Source: Gemmatimonadota bacterium
GTDB lineage: Bacteria > Gemmatimonadota > Gemmatimonadetes > Longimicrobiales > Gaopeijiaceae
Direction: 5' to 3'
NCBI GenBank assembly: GCA_034521595.1
Contig: JAXHMG010000002.1
Coordinates: 128,001-192,000 of the forward strand
DNA: 64,000 nucleotides
The position numbers were made by a program, and so were the translations under genes. Below the pieces are notes generated by a model. It made no database searches. It saw only the letters and a program-made list of their open reading frames with translations, and had not been told where the DNA came from. Positions 47,499 through 57,116 of the stretch are shown one piece after another (within the stretch, counting starts at the first letter, position 1; each line of letters begins with the position of its first letter).

Positions 47499-50188
47499 GG
47501 ATCGAGCGTCTGGACATCGAAGGCTTCGGACGTCTGTCGGGTTTCGATAGCGGCGAGGAGGCGCTCCCCTCGCTGGTCGTCGTGCTCGGACCGAACGAGG
47601 CCGGCAAGTCGACGCTGTTCGAGTTCCTCACCACCATGCTGCACGGCTTCCTCCCCGCGTCCCGCGACCTGAACCCCTTCGTTCCATGGGGAACCGACGA
47701 GGCCCGGGGATCGCTCGATCTGAGGCTCGAGGACGGACAGGCGGCCACCGTGACCCGTCGCCTCCGTTCCCAGCCGGCGGGGCAGCTCTCCCTGGACGGG
47801 GCCGTGACGGATCTCCGTAACCATCCCCTTCCCTGGGCGGAGCACGTGCCGAGGCGCGTCTTCCGCCAGGTGTTCGCCATCACGTTGGGGGAGCTGGCCA
47901 GTCTCGATGACGAAACCTGGGCGCGCATCCAGGATCGTGTGGTCGGGTCCATGGGGGCCGCCGACCTCGAGCCCGTACGGAGCGTGGCCTCCGAGCTGGA
48001 GCGAGAAGCCGGTGAGCTCTGGCGTCCCAACCGGAGGGGGAACCAGAAGGTGCGCGCGGCCCGGGACCGCATCCGCGAGCTGCGCGGCCGCCGACGCGAA
48101 GCGAGCGAGCGTGACCGGGAGCTGCGGCGAAAGGTCGAGGAGCTCGAACGAGTCCGTCACAACCTCCACGCCCTCCGTGAGCGGCGAGCCAGGGACGAGG
48201 TGGTCCTCGAGCGCGCGCAGGTGCTCGTCCCGATCCGGGCGCAGCTCGAGCGGATCGACGGGTTACGTGCCGAAGGAGGCCCCATGGAGCTCCTCGCCGA
48301 CCTTCCCCCGTCACCACACGATCGGCTGCGGAAGCTCCAGGAAGAGGCACGCGCCGTGGAGCAGCGGCTGTCGGACCTCGAGGCGGAGCGTGCGACGCCG
48401 GAAGAGCAGGTGGCCATGCTGACGCCCGACGTCCGCACGCTCCTCGATCGGCGGGACGAGGTCACCCGGTTCGTCTCGTCGGCCGCGCGGGTCGCCGCGG
48501 ACCGGGATCGAGTCGTGGAGATCGGAGCCGAGATCACGGCGCTCGAGGAAGGGCTGGATCGGTTGACCCGCGAGCTGGTCGGGACGTCCTGGTCGGAAGC
48601 GCCCAGGGACGAACTCCTGGACCTCACGCCCAGCCGGGTCCGGGACCTCGTCGAGCGGATCGAGCGTGCACGACGACGCACCGCGGTCGGGGAGAGGGAG
48701 CTGGAATCCGGAGACGGGGTGAGCGGTGGCGCCGGACTCGCCGGCGCCATGGGGCTCACGGCCGCCGGGCTGGTCCTGGCCGTCTGGGGCCTCGCCTCGG
48801 CCGCGATGCTCCCGGCCACCCTGGGGGTCGCCCTGACGACCACGGGTGCGGCGCTCGCCTGGCTCACGCTCCGTGAGCGCCGGGCTCGGGCCGTCGCACG
48901 GGCGGAACGGCGGCGAGAAGCAGAGGAGGCCCACGTCGAGCTACGGGACGCGACGGCCGAGTTCCGAGAGATGGTGGAGTCACTCGCGGTCGCGTCCCGG
49001 CACGTGGACGAGCCCGGACCCTCGTTCGTCACCGCGGTGGAGCGCCTCCACGATCTCGCCGGCCAGCGCCACGGGAAGCTACGGGCGCAGGAGGAAGCCA
49101 CCGGCCGTATCGAAGCGATCGCGGCGGAAGGACGGGCCCTGGCCGCCCGGGTCTCCGTCGAATGCGGTCCGGACGAAGCACCGGAGGAAGTCGCCGCGCT
49201 CCTATCCGACCGTCTCCGGCGCGCGGAGCGCATCGAGCAAGCCGCGGACACCGCGAGCCGGGAGTTGGAGCGACTCGACCGGGAAGAGGGGGAGACCCGG
49301 AAGACGCTCGAAGACGTTCAGGCTCGAATCACCGCGCTGAGGGAGGCGGCGAAGCGGTTCGGGGAAGACGCTCCGAGCAAGGCCCTCGAGCACGCTTCTG
49401 GCCGCATGAAGGCCCACGAGCGGGCACGGCAGCTCGAAGAGGAGCTCGAACGTGGCCATCCCGACCTTCCGAGGCTTCGCAAGCGGATCGAAGAGGCCCA
49501 CCGCGAAGGCGCGACATGGCTCACGGACGAAGGGGAGATCGCCGACCGAAAGGCCCGCATTCAGCAAGTCACCGAGGAGATCGAAGAGCTCAAAGGCCGA
49601 ACGGACGCGCTGACGACCGAGATCGAACACGCCCGCACCCAGGAAACGGCCGACTGGGTCGACGGACAGATCGCGACCCTGGAAGCGGAGATCGGGAGCC
49701 TCGTGCGAGAGAGGGACCGCAAGTGGGTCCTGGCCCGACTCCTCCGCGAAGCCGACCGCCGGTTCCGGGAAGCGCACCAGCCGGACTTGATGCGCAGAGC
49801 CGGAGCCCACCTGGCGCACCTCACGGGCGGCCGGTACGACAGGTTTCTCGTCGAGGAGGCCGACGACGGAGACCTCTTCAAGATCACCGGCGCCGGCGTA
49901 GCGGGCCCCATCCCGCTCAGGCACCCGATCTCGACGGGAACGCTCGAGCAGGCTTACATGAGCCTTCGGCTCGCGATCGTGGACCATCTCGACTCGGGCG
50001 AGGAATCACTGCCGCTCTTCATCGACGAGGTGTTCGTGAACTGGGATGCGGAGCGAAGGGCCCGCGGGCTCGAGGTCGTGGCGAGCATGGCGGACGAGCG
50101 ACAGATCTTCGTCTTCACCTGCCACCCCTACCTCGCCGGCGAGCTCCGCGACCGGGGAGCGGGGCTCATCGAGCTGGAGGGCGCGTGA
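47495..50188 (+). CDS. YhaN-like SMC/Rad50-related coiled-coil ATPase
   Basis: GPNEAGKST, long coiled coil with two central hydrophobic helices, STGTLEQAY, LPLFIDEVFVNWD, FTCH. Confidence 0.9.
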   Translation: MRIERLDIEGFGRLSGFDSGEEALPSLVVVLGPNEAGKSTLFEFLTTMLHGFLPASRDLNPFVPWGTDEARGSLDLRLEDGQAATVTRRLRSQPAGQLSLDGAVTDLRNHPLPWAEHVPRRVFRQVFAITLGELASLDDETWARIQDRVVGSMGAADLEPVRSVASELEREAGELWRPNRRGNQKVRAARDRIRELRGRRREASERDRELRRKVEELERVRHNLHALRERRARDEVVLERAQVLVPIRAQLERIDGLRAEGGPMELLADLPPSPHDRLRKLQEEARAVEQRLSDLEAERATPEEQVAMLTPDVRTLLDRRDEVTRFVSSAARVAADRDRVVEIGAEITALEEGLDRLTRELVGTSWSEAPRDELLDLTPSRVRDLVERIERARRRTAVGERELESGDGVSGGAGLAGAMGLTAAGLVLAVWGLASAAMLPATLGVALTTTGAALAWLTLRERRARAVARAERRREAEEAHVELRDATAEFREMVESLAVASRHVDEPGPSFVTAVERLHDLAGQRHGKLRAQEEATGRIEAIAAEGRALAARVSVECGPDEAPEEVAALLSDRLRRAERIEQAADTASRELERLDREEGETRKTLEDVQARITALREAAKRFGEDAPSKALEHASGRMKAHERARQLEEELERGHPDLPRLRKRIEEAHREGATWLTDEGEIADRKARIQQVTEEIEELKGRTDALTTEIEHARTQETADWVDGQIATLEAEIGSLVRERDRKWVLARLLREADRRFREAHQPDLMRRAGAHLAHLTGGRYDRFLVEEADDGDLFKITGAGVAGPIPLRHPISTGTLEQAYMSLRLAIVDHLDSGEESLPLFIDEVFVNWDAERRARGLEVVASMADERQIFVFTCHPYLAGELRDRGAGLIELEGA

Positions 50189-50207
50189 ACCAGCCCGGAG
50201 CGGTCCG

Positions 50208-51029
50208 ATGAGCACCCGACCACGCCTCCACGTGACGCGGAGTGGACGCCCGCTCCACCCGGACGGGGAGACGTTTCTCCTCCTCCACGGCTTCGGCGGC
50301 TCTTCGTTCAGCTGGCGCTGGTGGACCCCCGCGCTGGAGCATCGGGGCCACGTCGTCCAGGTGGACCTCCTGGGCTTCGGACGGTCACCCATGCCGGTCG
50401 AGGGCCCATACGACCCCGAGGGCCAGGCGGGTCTCGTGCTGGACGTGCTCGACGGGATCGATCCGGCTCGACTCACCATCGTCGGCCACTCCTTCGGCGG
50501 AGCGATCTCCCTTCTGCTCGCCCTCGAGCTCCAGGAGCGCGGACGCGCGCCCGAGCGGCTGGTCCTGGTAGCGGGCGTCGCGTACCGACAGCGAATCCCT
50601 CCGTTCGTGCGGATCGCCCGTTACCCGCGCCTCGGTCAGGCCCTCTCCGAGCTGGTAGGTGTGCGGACCATCATGGCACAGGCGCTTCGCTCCGTCGTCT
50701 TCGACACGACCTCCGTCACCTCCGAGCTCGTCACCGGATACGCCCGCCCCTTCACGCGCGAAGGCGCCATACGAGCGGTCCTCACCTGCGCCACCCGAAT
50801 CCAGCCCCCGCGGATGGACGCCATCACGGCGCTCTATCCCCGGCTGTCGATGCCCACGCTCCTCCTCTGGGGACGACACGACCCCGTCGTGCCGCCCTGG
50901 GTCGGTGCACGCCTCGCCCACGATCTCCCCAACGCTCGGCTCCGCACCCTCGAACGGTGTGGCCATCTCCCCCAGGAAGAGCTACCGGAAGCGTCGCTGG
51001 CGGAAGTCGAAGCGTTTCTCGATTCCTGA
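50208..51029 (+). CDS. Alpha/beta hydrolase
   Basis: LLHGFGGS, DLLGFGRS, GHSFGG nucleophile elbow, CGHLPQEE. Confidence 0.92.
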   Translation: MSTRPRLHVTRSGRPLHPDGETFLLLHGFGGSSFSWRWWTPALEHRGHVVQVDLLGFGRSPMPVEGPYDPEGQAGLVLDVLDGIDPARLTIVGHSFGGAISLLLALELQERGRAPERLVLVAGVAYRQRIPPFVRIARYPRLGQALSELVGVRTIMAQALRSVVFDTTSVTSELVTGYARPFTREGAIRAVLTCATRIQPPRMDAITALYPRLSMPTLLLWGRHDPVVPPWVGARLAHDLPNARLRTLERCGHLPQEELPEASLAEVEAFLDS

Positions 51030-51080
51030 CGGGCATGCCCGCGCTCGGCGAATCGGAAGCACCAGGGACATCGCGGACCG

Positions 51081-52169
51081 TCAACGAGTGAACCTCAGCC
51101 TGGCCGCGACCCCCTCGGCCTCGTCATCCAAGCGGTCGGCGCTCTCTTCGGCCAACTCTTCCACGGCGGCTCCCTGCTCGAAGGCGGTGCCTACGAAGTG
51201 GTCCGCGAGATCCGGATGCGCTTCCCGGAACGCCCGGGTGAGAAGCAGGGTCTCCACGCGCGCCCCCCGCAACGCGTCTTCGGTCGCCTCGATGCCGAGG
51301 GAGCCCTTGCCGCCCGAGCGTGCCTGGTCGAAGACCGCTTGTAGAAGCTCGCCCTGCCGCCGCGCGCTCACTTCCGAAGCAGCCCTCTCGACCACGGCGC
51401 GCACTTCGGCATCGCTCATCGCCAGATGCAGGGAGGGCTCGGTGCTCAGCCGGTCCGAGAGTCCGGCGAGTTGGTGCTCGACCGCCGATTCGGCTTCCTT
51501 GGTCCCCCCGAGCACGACGAAGCCATCCGATCCAGCGAGATCGCGGACCACCTCGATAAGCCGACCGTGAAGACGGGAGGCGCTCACCTCCAACGCCCGG
51601 TGAGCAGCGTCGGTGCCGGTTTCGCCGCGCGCCCCGGAATGCGTGGCGGCCCGCTTCGACATGCCGGCCTCCCCGTAGTCCCCGATATCCGCGTCCGCGA
51701 GCAGATCTGCTCGCTCCCGGAGCTCTCCGCCCCGGTACGTGAACACGCGGGCCTTCCGATTGTCGACGAGCGCGGCGACCACGGTGCGATCCTGCTTGAG
51801 CGCCCGCACGTAGGGAGCCGCGCGCAATCCCTTCTCCCATCGGACCAGGTGCGGCATCGGGACGGGGACCTCTTCCGCATAAGCCAACTCGTCGGGCGTG
51901 GCGAAGCCGACCCAACCCTTGGCCGGCAGGAACGCGCCGAACCGTCCAAGACGATCCTCGACCTGGGCGCGCGCCCGATCGAACGCTGCGACTTCCGCGG
52001 GTGCTTCGGCTTCGAGGCGCGCCCGCTCCTTCGCCAACCCCTGCTCGAGCTCCAGGGCCCACGCACGGCGCTCGGCCGGATCATGGCCGTCGCCGTCCAC
52101 GTACACGCTGAGCACGTTCTGGTCGCGGTGGGTTCTGTACAGGTCGATCAGTCGGTCCCGATTCAGCAT
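51081..52169 (-). CDS. Bacterial aeRF1/Pelota-superfamily (baeRF) protein
   Basis: VLSVYVD, ALVDNRKARVF, GIEATEDAL..ARVETLL, GVAARLRF; no GGQ. Confidence 0.78.
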   Translation of the reverse strand: MLNRDRLIDLYRTHRDQNVLSVYVDGDGHDPAERRAWALELEQGLAKERARLEAEAPAEVAAFDRARAQVEDRLGRFGAFLPAKGWVGFATPDELAYAEEVPVPMPHLVRWEKGLRAAPYVRALKQDRTVVAALVDNRKARVFTYRGGELRERADLLADADIGDYGEAGMSKRAATHSGARGETGTDAAHRALEVSASRLHGRLIEVVRDLAGSDGFVVLGGTKEAESAVEHQLAGLSDRLSTEPSLHLAMSDAEVRAVVERAASEVSARRQGELLQAVFDQARSGGKGSLGIEATEDALRGARVETLLLTRAFREAHPDLADHFVGTAFEQGAAVEELAEESADRLDDEAEGVAARLRFTR

Positions 52170-52530
52170 GAAGTCGTCTCCTCCGAATGGACGTGGCAGG
52201 GCGTGCGCGATCGAAGATCGCCACCCGCTACGCGGTCATTGCCGTCAAAAGTTGGTATCCCCCCGTGAACGTCATCGTTGCATCGCAGGAGCGGCTCCGG
52301 CTCCGAGCCCTGCTCCGCGGAGGTGCGCACGCGATGCGTCGAGCTTCCCTCCCGTGTCCATGGGGTCACGATACGGTTCGGGACCGCGCTGAACAACACG
52401 ACGGAGCCGCGGCCCAAAAGAGCCGGCCTCGACCGGACGCCGGAACGGCTCGGATGGCCGGACGTCAGCACCCGGTGGCGGGAACCCTGCCCGCCGGAGG
52501 CCTCACGACGGACGACACGTGCGACTCGAT

Positions 52531-52998
52531 TCAGCCCTCTTCGATGATGTCGGCGGTCCAGACCACCTCGACCGCACCTTCGAGACTCTTCGCCGTCGGA
52601 CACTTCGCGACATGGGTTTCAAGCGCTCGATCGACCTTGTCCCTGGGCGCGCCCGCCGGGAGCCGGAGGGTGTAGTGGACGTGAATCCGCGTCAGGACCA
52701 CGACCTTGTCGACCACTTCGTTCATGCCTTCGGCCCGAACCTGAATCGCATCGGGCTCCATCGGAATCCCGCGCACCTCCAGTGCGCCATTGAGGGTTCC
52801 GAGTAGTCACCCGGCCGCCGCCGCGACCAGGTAGTCGACCGGAAGCGGACGATCCGGCTCGTCGTCGAGCCCGTAGGCCGATTTGACCGGACCGTGCACG
52901 CCGAACTCGAGAGTCGTTCCATCGTGCAGCGTCGCACGCCGATGCACACCGGCGATCTTCTCGACCTTCGACCGTGACACGTATACGGGATCGCTCAT
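52531..52998 (-). CDS. OsmC/Ohr-family protein with in-frame UGA, probable selenoprotein (155 aa)
   Basis: Two ORF-track fragments share one frame across TGA 52807-52809: PVDYLVAAAAG-U-LLGTLNGAL...HVAKCPTAKSL. Confidence 0.82.
52761..52802 (-). promoter_or_regulatory. Putative bacterial SECIS hairpin
   Basis: Upper stem GCGCAC/GTGCGC with loop UGGAG 25 nt after the UGA; lower stem UCGGAACCC/GGG(A)UUCCGA. Confidence 0.68.
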
Positions 52999-53099
52999 CG
53001 ATCATCTCCTCGAGCCGTGTTCGTGATGACTGCGGTGCCGCTCGAACGATAACAAAAGAAGCCGATGGGACTTAACAGCCCGTCGTAGCTCACGGGCGG

Positions 53100-53306
53100 C
53101 TATGCATCCCGGTCCGCCTCCGGCTCGTAGCCCGAGCAACGCAGCACGGGGAGCGGGGGGTATTTGCTGAAGCGGTCGTCCGTGAGCGACCGTTCGCACA
53201 TGTAGAAGCGCGAGCCCCGTCGGTTCTCGACGACTCGCCGGTGGCGACACGACGCGCAAAGCCCCGCGAACGCCACGGCAGGGTCGGGCCCCGATGCCAC
53301 CGTCAC
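53100..53306 (-). CDS. Small four-cysteine protein (putative metal binding)
   Basis: GLCASC..FYMC..KYPPLPVLRCSGY; GTG start overlaps the pgeF stop. Confidence 0.72.
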   Translation of the reverse strand: MTVASGPDPAVAFAGLCASCRHRRVVENRRGSRFYMCERSLTDDRFSKYPPLPVLRCSGYEPEADRDA

Positions 53307-54082
53307 TGGCGGATGCCTAGGAACGCGACCTGCCGGCCCGTGTCACCGCCACGGTGCGAGAAGAAGCGCCCGTCCCCGCACCGGGTGCAGTGTCCCGACA
53401 CGGAGATCTTGCCGGCGTCGATCCCCGCCGTCACTGCCCGGCGGGCGAGCACCAGCCGGAGGTCGACGGGCTCGGGCCCGGGTGGGACCGGGAGCCCGAG
53501 GGCCTCGAACACCTCTCCCCCGACCTCGTAGCAGGCCCCGCATATCGACGGCCCCATATGGACGTACAAGCCACCGCGACGCTCCTCGGGGAAGGCCCTG
53601 ATCCCTCGCTCCAACACGCCGGCCGCGGTCCCTCTCCAACCCGCGTGCAACAGCCCGACCTCGCGCTCCTCCGGCTCCACGAGGGAGACGGGCACGCAGT
53701 CGGCGACCGAGACGGCGAGCACCACGCCCGGCACCTTCGTGACGTGACCGTCGCAATCCGGCGGCAGAATCAAGCCGGGGCCGGTCTGCCGGTGGCGCCG
53801 GACCGTCGCGCCGTGCACCTGCTTCGCGTGGACGACCGATCGCGTGCCCAGGCGGCGACGGAACAGCCTCCACCGTTCCCGGGCACCGACGGCTTCCACG
53901 GCACCGCCGAACAAGCGGAGGTCGAATTGCCCGTCTCCCGCCTCGCTTCCCCGCGTCGTCGTCCCCTGTAGCAACCACGGAAACGCCCGCGACCAAGCCG
54001 CGTGCGTCACCGCCGGAACCTCGTCCCACGGCTCCTCGTACACCACGGATACGTCGGGCCACTCCGTTGTCTCGGTGCCCAC
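53303..54082 (-). CDS. pgeF: YfiH/PgeF laccase-domain protein
   Basis: QVHG, CDGHVT, ADCVPV, HAGWRG, CYEVG, CTRC..FFSHR; SD GGAGGT. Confidence 0.9.
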   Translation of the reverse strand: MGTETTEWPDVSVVYEEPWDEVPAVTHAAWSRAFPWLLQGTTTRGSEAGDGQFDLRLFGGAVEAVGARERWRLFRRRLGTRSVVHAKQVHGATVRRHRQTGPGLILPPDCDGHVTKVPGVVLAVSVADCVPVSLVEPEEREVGLLHAGWRGTAAGVLERGIRAFPEERRGGLYVHMGPSICGACYEVGGEVFEALGLPVPPGPEPVDLRLVLARRAVTAGIDAGKISVSGHCTRCGDGRFFSHRGGDTGRQVAFLGIRQ

Positions 54083-54236
54083 GAAAGGGAACCTCCATCG
54101 GTATCGAAGTCGGTCGATCCCCAGAAAGTAACGAGCCTCGCCGAAATTCACCCTCCAACAGGCGGACCGATTGCGGTACCTTTGTCGGATACTTCGAAGC
54201 TCTGCTTTTCGTTGACGGCTCATCGGCCGCACCAGG

Positions 54237-57110
54237 ATGATGGACGACACGCTTTTCGACAGTTTCAACGCCGCGTACGCGCAGGCGATGTACGAGCAGT
54301 TCGCCCGCAACCCCGACGCCGTCCCGGCCGAGTGGCGCCGGCTCTTCGCCGACGGGGGGTCCCAGGCGATCGCCGAGGGACTCTTCCTTCCCGACCAGCT
54401 GAACGGACACCGCGCTGCCCCGCCCGAGGCGAGCACCGTGCCGGCGCCGACGGCCCCGGAAGAGGAGATCTCGGACGAGTCGGCCGAGATGCTACGGCGG
54501 TCCCTGCCCGCGATCTCCCGTGCGACCGCCCTCGTGCAAGCGTTCCGTGACCACGGACACCAACTCGCTCGAATCGACCCGTTGGGGACCGAACCGCCCG
54601 GACACCCACAACTCTCTCCGGCGTTCTTCGGCACCTCCATGGAGGAGCTCGCGGAGGTTCCCGCCTCCTTCATCCTGGACAACCTGGAGAATGCCGGAGA
54701 GGGTGCGTCCGTGGCCGACGCCCTCCAGCAGCTGAGCGAGATCTACGCGGGCAGCATCGGGTACGAGTTCGAGCATCTCGACGACCACAAGAAGGTTTCG
54801 TGGCTGTGGACTCAGGTCGAAGGCGGCACACATACGCCTTCCCTCTCCGCGCAGGAAAAGAAGGAGCTCCTTCGGCGCCTGACCCAAGTCGAGGGTCTCG
54901 AGCAGTTCATACACAAAGCCTACCTCGGCCAGAAGCGGTTCTCCCTGGAAGGCAACGACACGCTCATTCCCATGCTGGACCTCGCGATCCACATGTCTGC
55001 TCGCGGAGGCGGGAGCGAAGTCGTCATCGGCGCGGCGCACCGGGGACGATTGAATGTCCTGACCCACACGGTCGGCGTGTCGTACGGCGAGCTTCTGGCG
55101 GAGTTCGAAGGCCCGTCATACAAGGGCGGGCAACTCGACATCGGTGGAACCGGGGACGTCAAGTACCACCACGGCGGACGCGGCAAGCGGGTGTTCAGCC
55201 AGGGGGAGTCCATCGACGTGTCGCTAGCGCCCAATCCCAGCCACCTGGAGTTCGTGAACCCGGTGGTGATGGGCATGGCGCGCGCCCGCCAACTCGACGG
55301 CCCTTCAAAGAGCCTGAAGCCGGACACACAGAGCGTACTTCCTATTCTGATGCACGGCGACGCCGCATTCGCGGCGGAAGGCGTGGTCGCGGAAACGCTC
55401 AACATGGCCCGGCTCGAAGGCTACAACGTCGGCGGAACGATCCACGTCATCGTCAACAACCAGGTCGGATTCACGACGGACCCGAAAGACGGCCGGTCGA
55501 CGCACTACGCGAGCGATCTCGCGAAGGGCTACGGAATCCCCGTGGTGCACGTGAACGCCGACGACCCGGAAGCTTGCCTCGCTGCCATGCGCCTGGCGAT
55601 GGCCTACCGGAGCGAGTTCGGGGACGACTTCGTGATCGACCTGCTCGGCTACCGCAGATACGGGCACAACGAGGGGGACGAGCCGGCCTACACACAGCCG
55701 ATCCTGTACCGTAAGATCGCCGAGCACCCGACCGTCCGCGCGTTGTACACCGAGCGCCTCGTGGGTGAGGACGTGTTGACGGAGGACGACGCTTCGGCCT
55801 ACCAGGACGAGGTTTCCGAGGTACTCAGAACCGCCCAAGACCACGTACGGGAGGAGCTCGCGTCCGGAAACGGGGCCGAGGGCGAGCCCGAGATCGAGCC
55901 GGACGACCCCCATCCGGAAGTCGAGCCCGAGAGCACGGCCGTGGCTTTCGACGTGCTGGCGCACATCAACGAGACCAGCCTCACGGTTCCCGAGGGGTTC
56001 AAGCCGCACGACAAGCTCTGGCGGCAGCTCTCCCGCCGGGCCAAGGACTTCTCGCCCGAGCGGTCCCTCGATTGGGGACATGCCGAGTCACTGGCCTTCG
56101 GGAGCCTGTTGATCGACGAGATTCCGGTGCGTCTCACCGGCCAGGATGCGGAGCGCGGCACATTCAGCCATCGGCACCTCGTGCTCCATGACTCCGAGAC
56201 CGGTCAGGAGATCCTCCCGCTCCAAGCAGTGGCGGACGCGCGACTGGAGGTCTTCAACTCGCCGCTCACCGAGACCGCGGTCATCGGCTTCGAGTACGGC
56301 TACTCGGTCGGAGCGGACGAGGACGTGGTGCTCTGGGAGGCGCAGTTCGGCGATTTCGTGAATGTCGCGCAGGTGATGATCGATCAGTTCCTGTCCTCGG
56401 GCCTGACCAAGTGGGGGCAGCACTCGCGTCTCATGCTGCTCTTGCCCCACGGACACGAGGGTCAGGGGCCGGAGCACTCCAGCGCGCGACTCGAACGCTT
56501 CCTTCAGCTCTGCGCCGAAGGGAACATGCGGGTCACCTACCCGACGACGCCGGCCCAGTATTTCCACATGCTGCGCCGTCAGGCGTTCCGTCGCCCCGAG
56601 CGGCCGATGATCGTGATGACGCCGAAGAGCCTTCTCCGCCACCCGATGGCGACGTCGACGGTGCAGGACCTGACGGAAGGAGGGTTCCAGCCCGTGCTCC
56701 GGGACCCGAACGAACCCGACCCGGACAAGGTCACGCGGCTCGTGCTCTGCACGGGTAAGATCTACTACGACATCGCGGGGCACGATCGCAGGTCCGAAGC
56801 AGAGGAAGTCGCGATCGCGCGGATGGAGCTCCTCTATCCGTTCCCGGCCGAAGCGCTGGAAGCGCTCCTGGGCTCGTATCCCAACCTCCGTGAGGTCGTG
56901 TGGACCCAGGAAGAGCCGCGGAACATGGGGGCCCTCACCTACGTGGGCCCGCGGCTTCGCCCGGTGGTGCCGCGAGAGGTCGCACTCTCGTATACGGCGC
57001 GGCCCGAGCGCGCGAGCCCCGCCGAAGGGAAGAGCCGAGACCACGTCAAGCAGCAGAATCGACTCGTGCTGGAGGCGCTGGGGCTGGAAGGAGCTTCGGA
57101 AGAGAGCTAG
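54237..57110 (+). CDS. sucA: 2-oxoglutarate dehydrogenase E1
   Basis: KRFSLEG, HRGRLN, GDVKYH, NPSHLE, HGDAAF, WEAQFGDF, GPEHSSAR. Confidence 0.97.
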   Translation: MMDDTLFDSFNAAYAQAMYEQFARNPDAVPAEWRRLFADGGSQAIAEGLFLPDQLNGHRAAPPEASTVPAPTAPEEEISDESAEMLRRSLPAISRATALVQAFRDHGHQLARIDPLGTEPPGHPQLSPAFFGTSMEELAEVPASFILDNLENAGEGASVADALQQLSEIYAGSIGYEFEHLDDHKKVSWLWTQVEGGTHTPSLSAQEKKELLRRLTQVEGLEQFIHKAYLGQKRFSLEGNDTLIPMLDLAIHMSARGGGSEVVIGAAHRGRLNVLTHTVGVSYGELLAEFEGPSYKGGQLDIGGTGDVKYHHGGRGKRVFSQGESIDVSLAPNPSHLEFVNPVVMGMARARQLDGPSKSLKPDTQSVLPILMHGDAAFAAEGVVAETLNMARLEGYNVGGTIHVIVNNQVGFTTDPKDGRSTHYASDLAKGYGIPVVHVNADDPEACLAAMRLAMAYRSEFGDDFVIDLLGYRRYGHNEGDEPAYTQPILYRKIAEHPTVRALYTERLVGEDVLTEDDASAYQDEVSEVLRTAQDHVREELASGNGAEGEPEIEPDDPHPEVEPESTAVAFDVLAHINETSLTVPEGFKPHDKLWRQLSRRAKDFSPERSLDWGHAESLAFGSLLIDEIPVRLTGQDAERGTFSHRHLVLHDSETGQEILPLQAVADARLEVFNSPLTETAVIGFEYGYSVGADEDVVLWEAQFGDFVNVAQVMIDQFLSSGLTKWGQHSRLMLLLPHGHEGQGPEHSSARLERFLQLCAEGNMRVTYPTTPAQYFHMLRRQAFRRPERPMIVMTPKSLLRHPMATSTVQDLTEGGFQPVLRDPNEPDPDKVTRLVLCTGKIYYDIAGHDRRSEAEEVAIARMELLYPFPAEALEALLGSYPNLREVVWTQEEPRNMGALTYVGPRLRPVVPREVALSYTARPERASPAEGKSRDHVKQQNRLVLEALGLEGASEES

Positions 57111-57116
57111 CGACCC

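Noticed and set aside
52170-52530. 360-bp GC-rich intergenic region with possible stems
   Set aside because: No recognisable ncRNA or riboswitch motif and no credible ORF; an Rfam scan would be needed.
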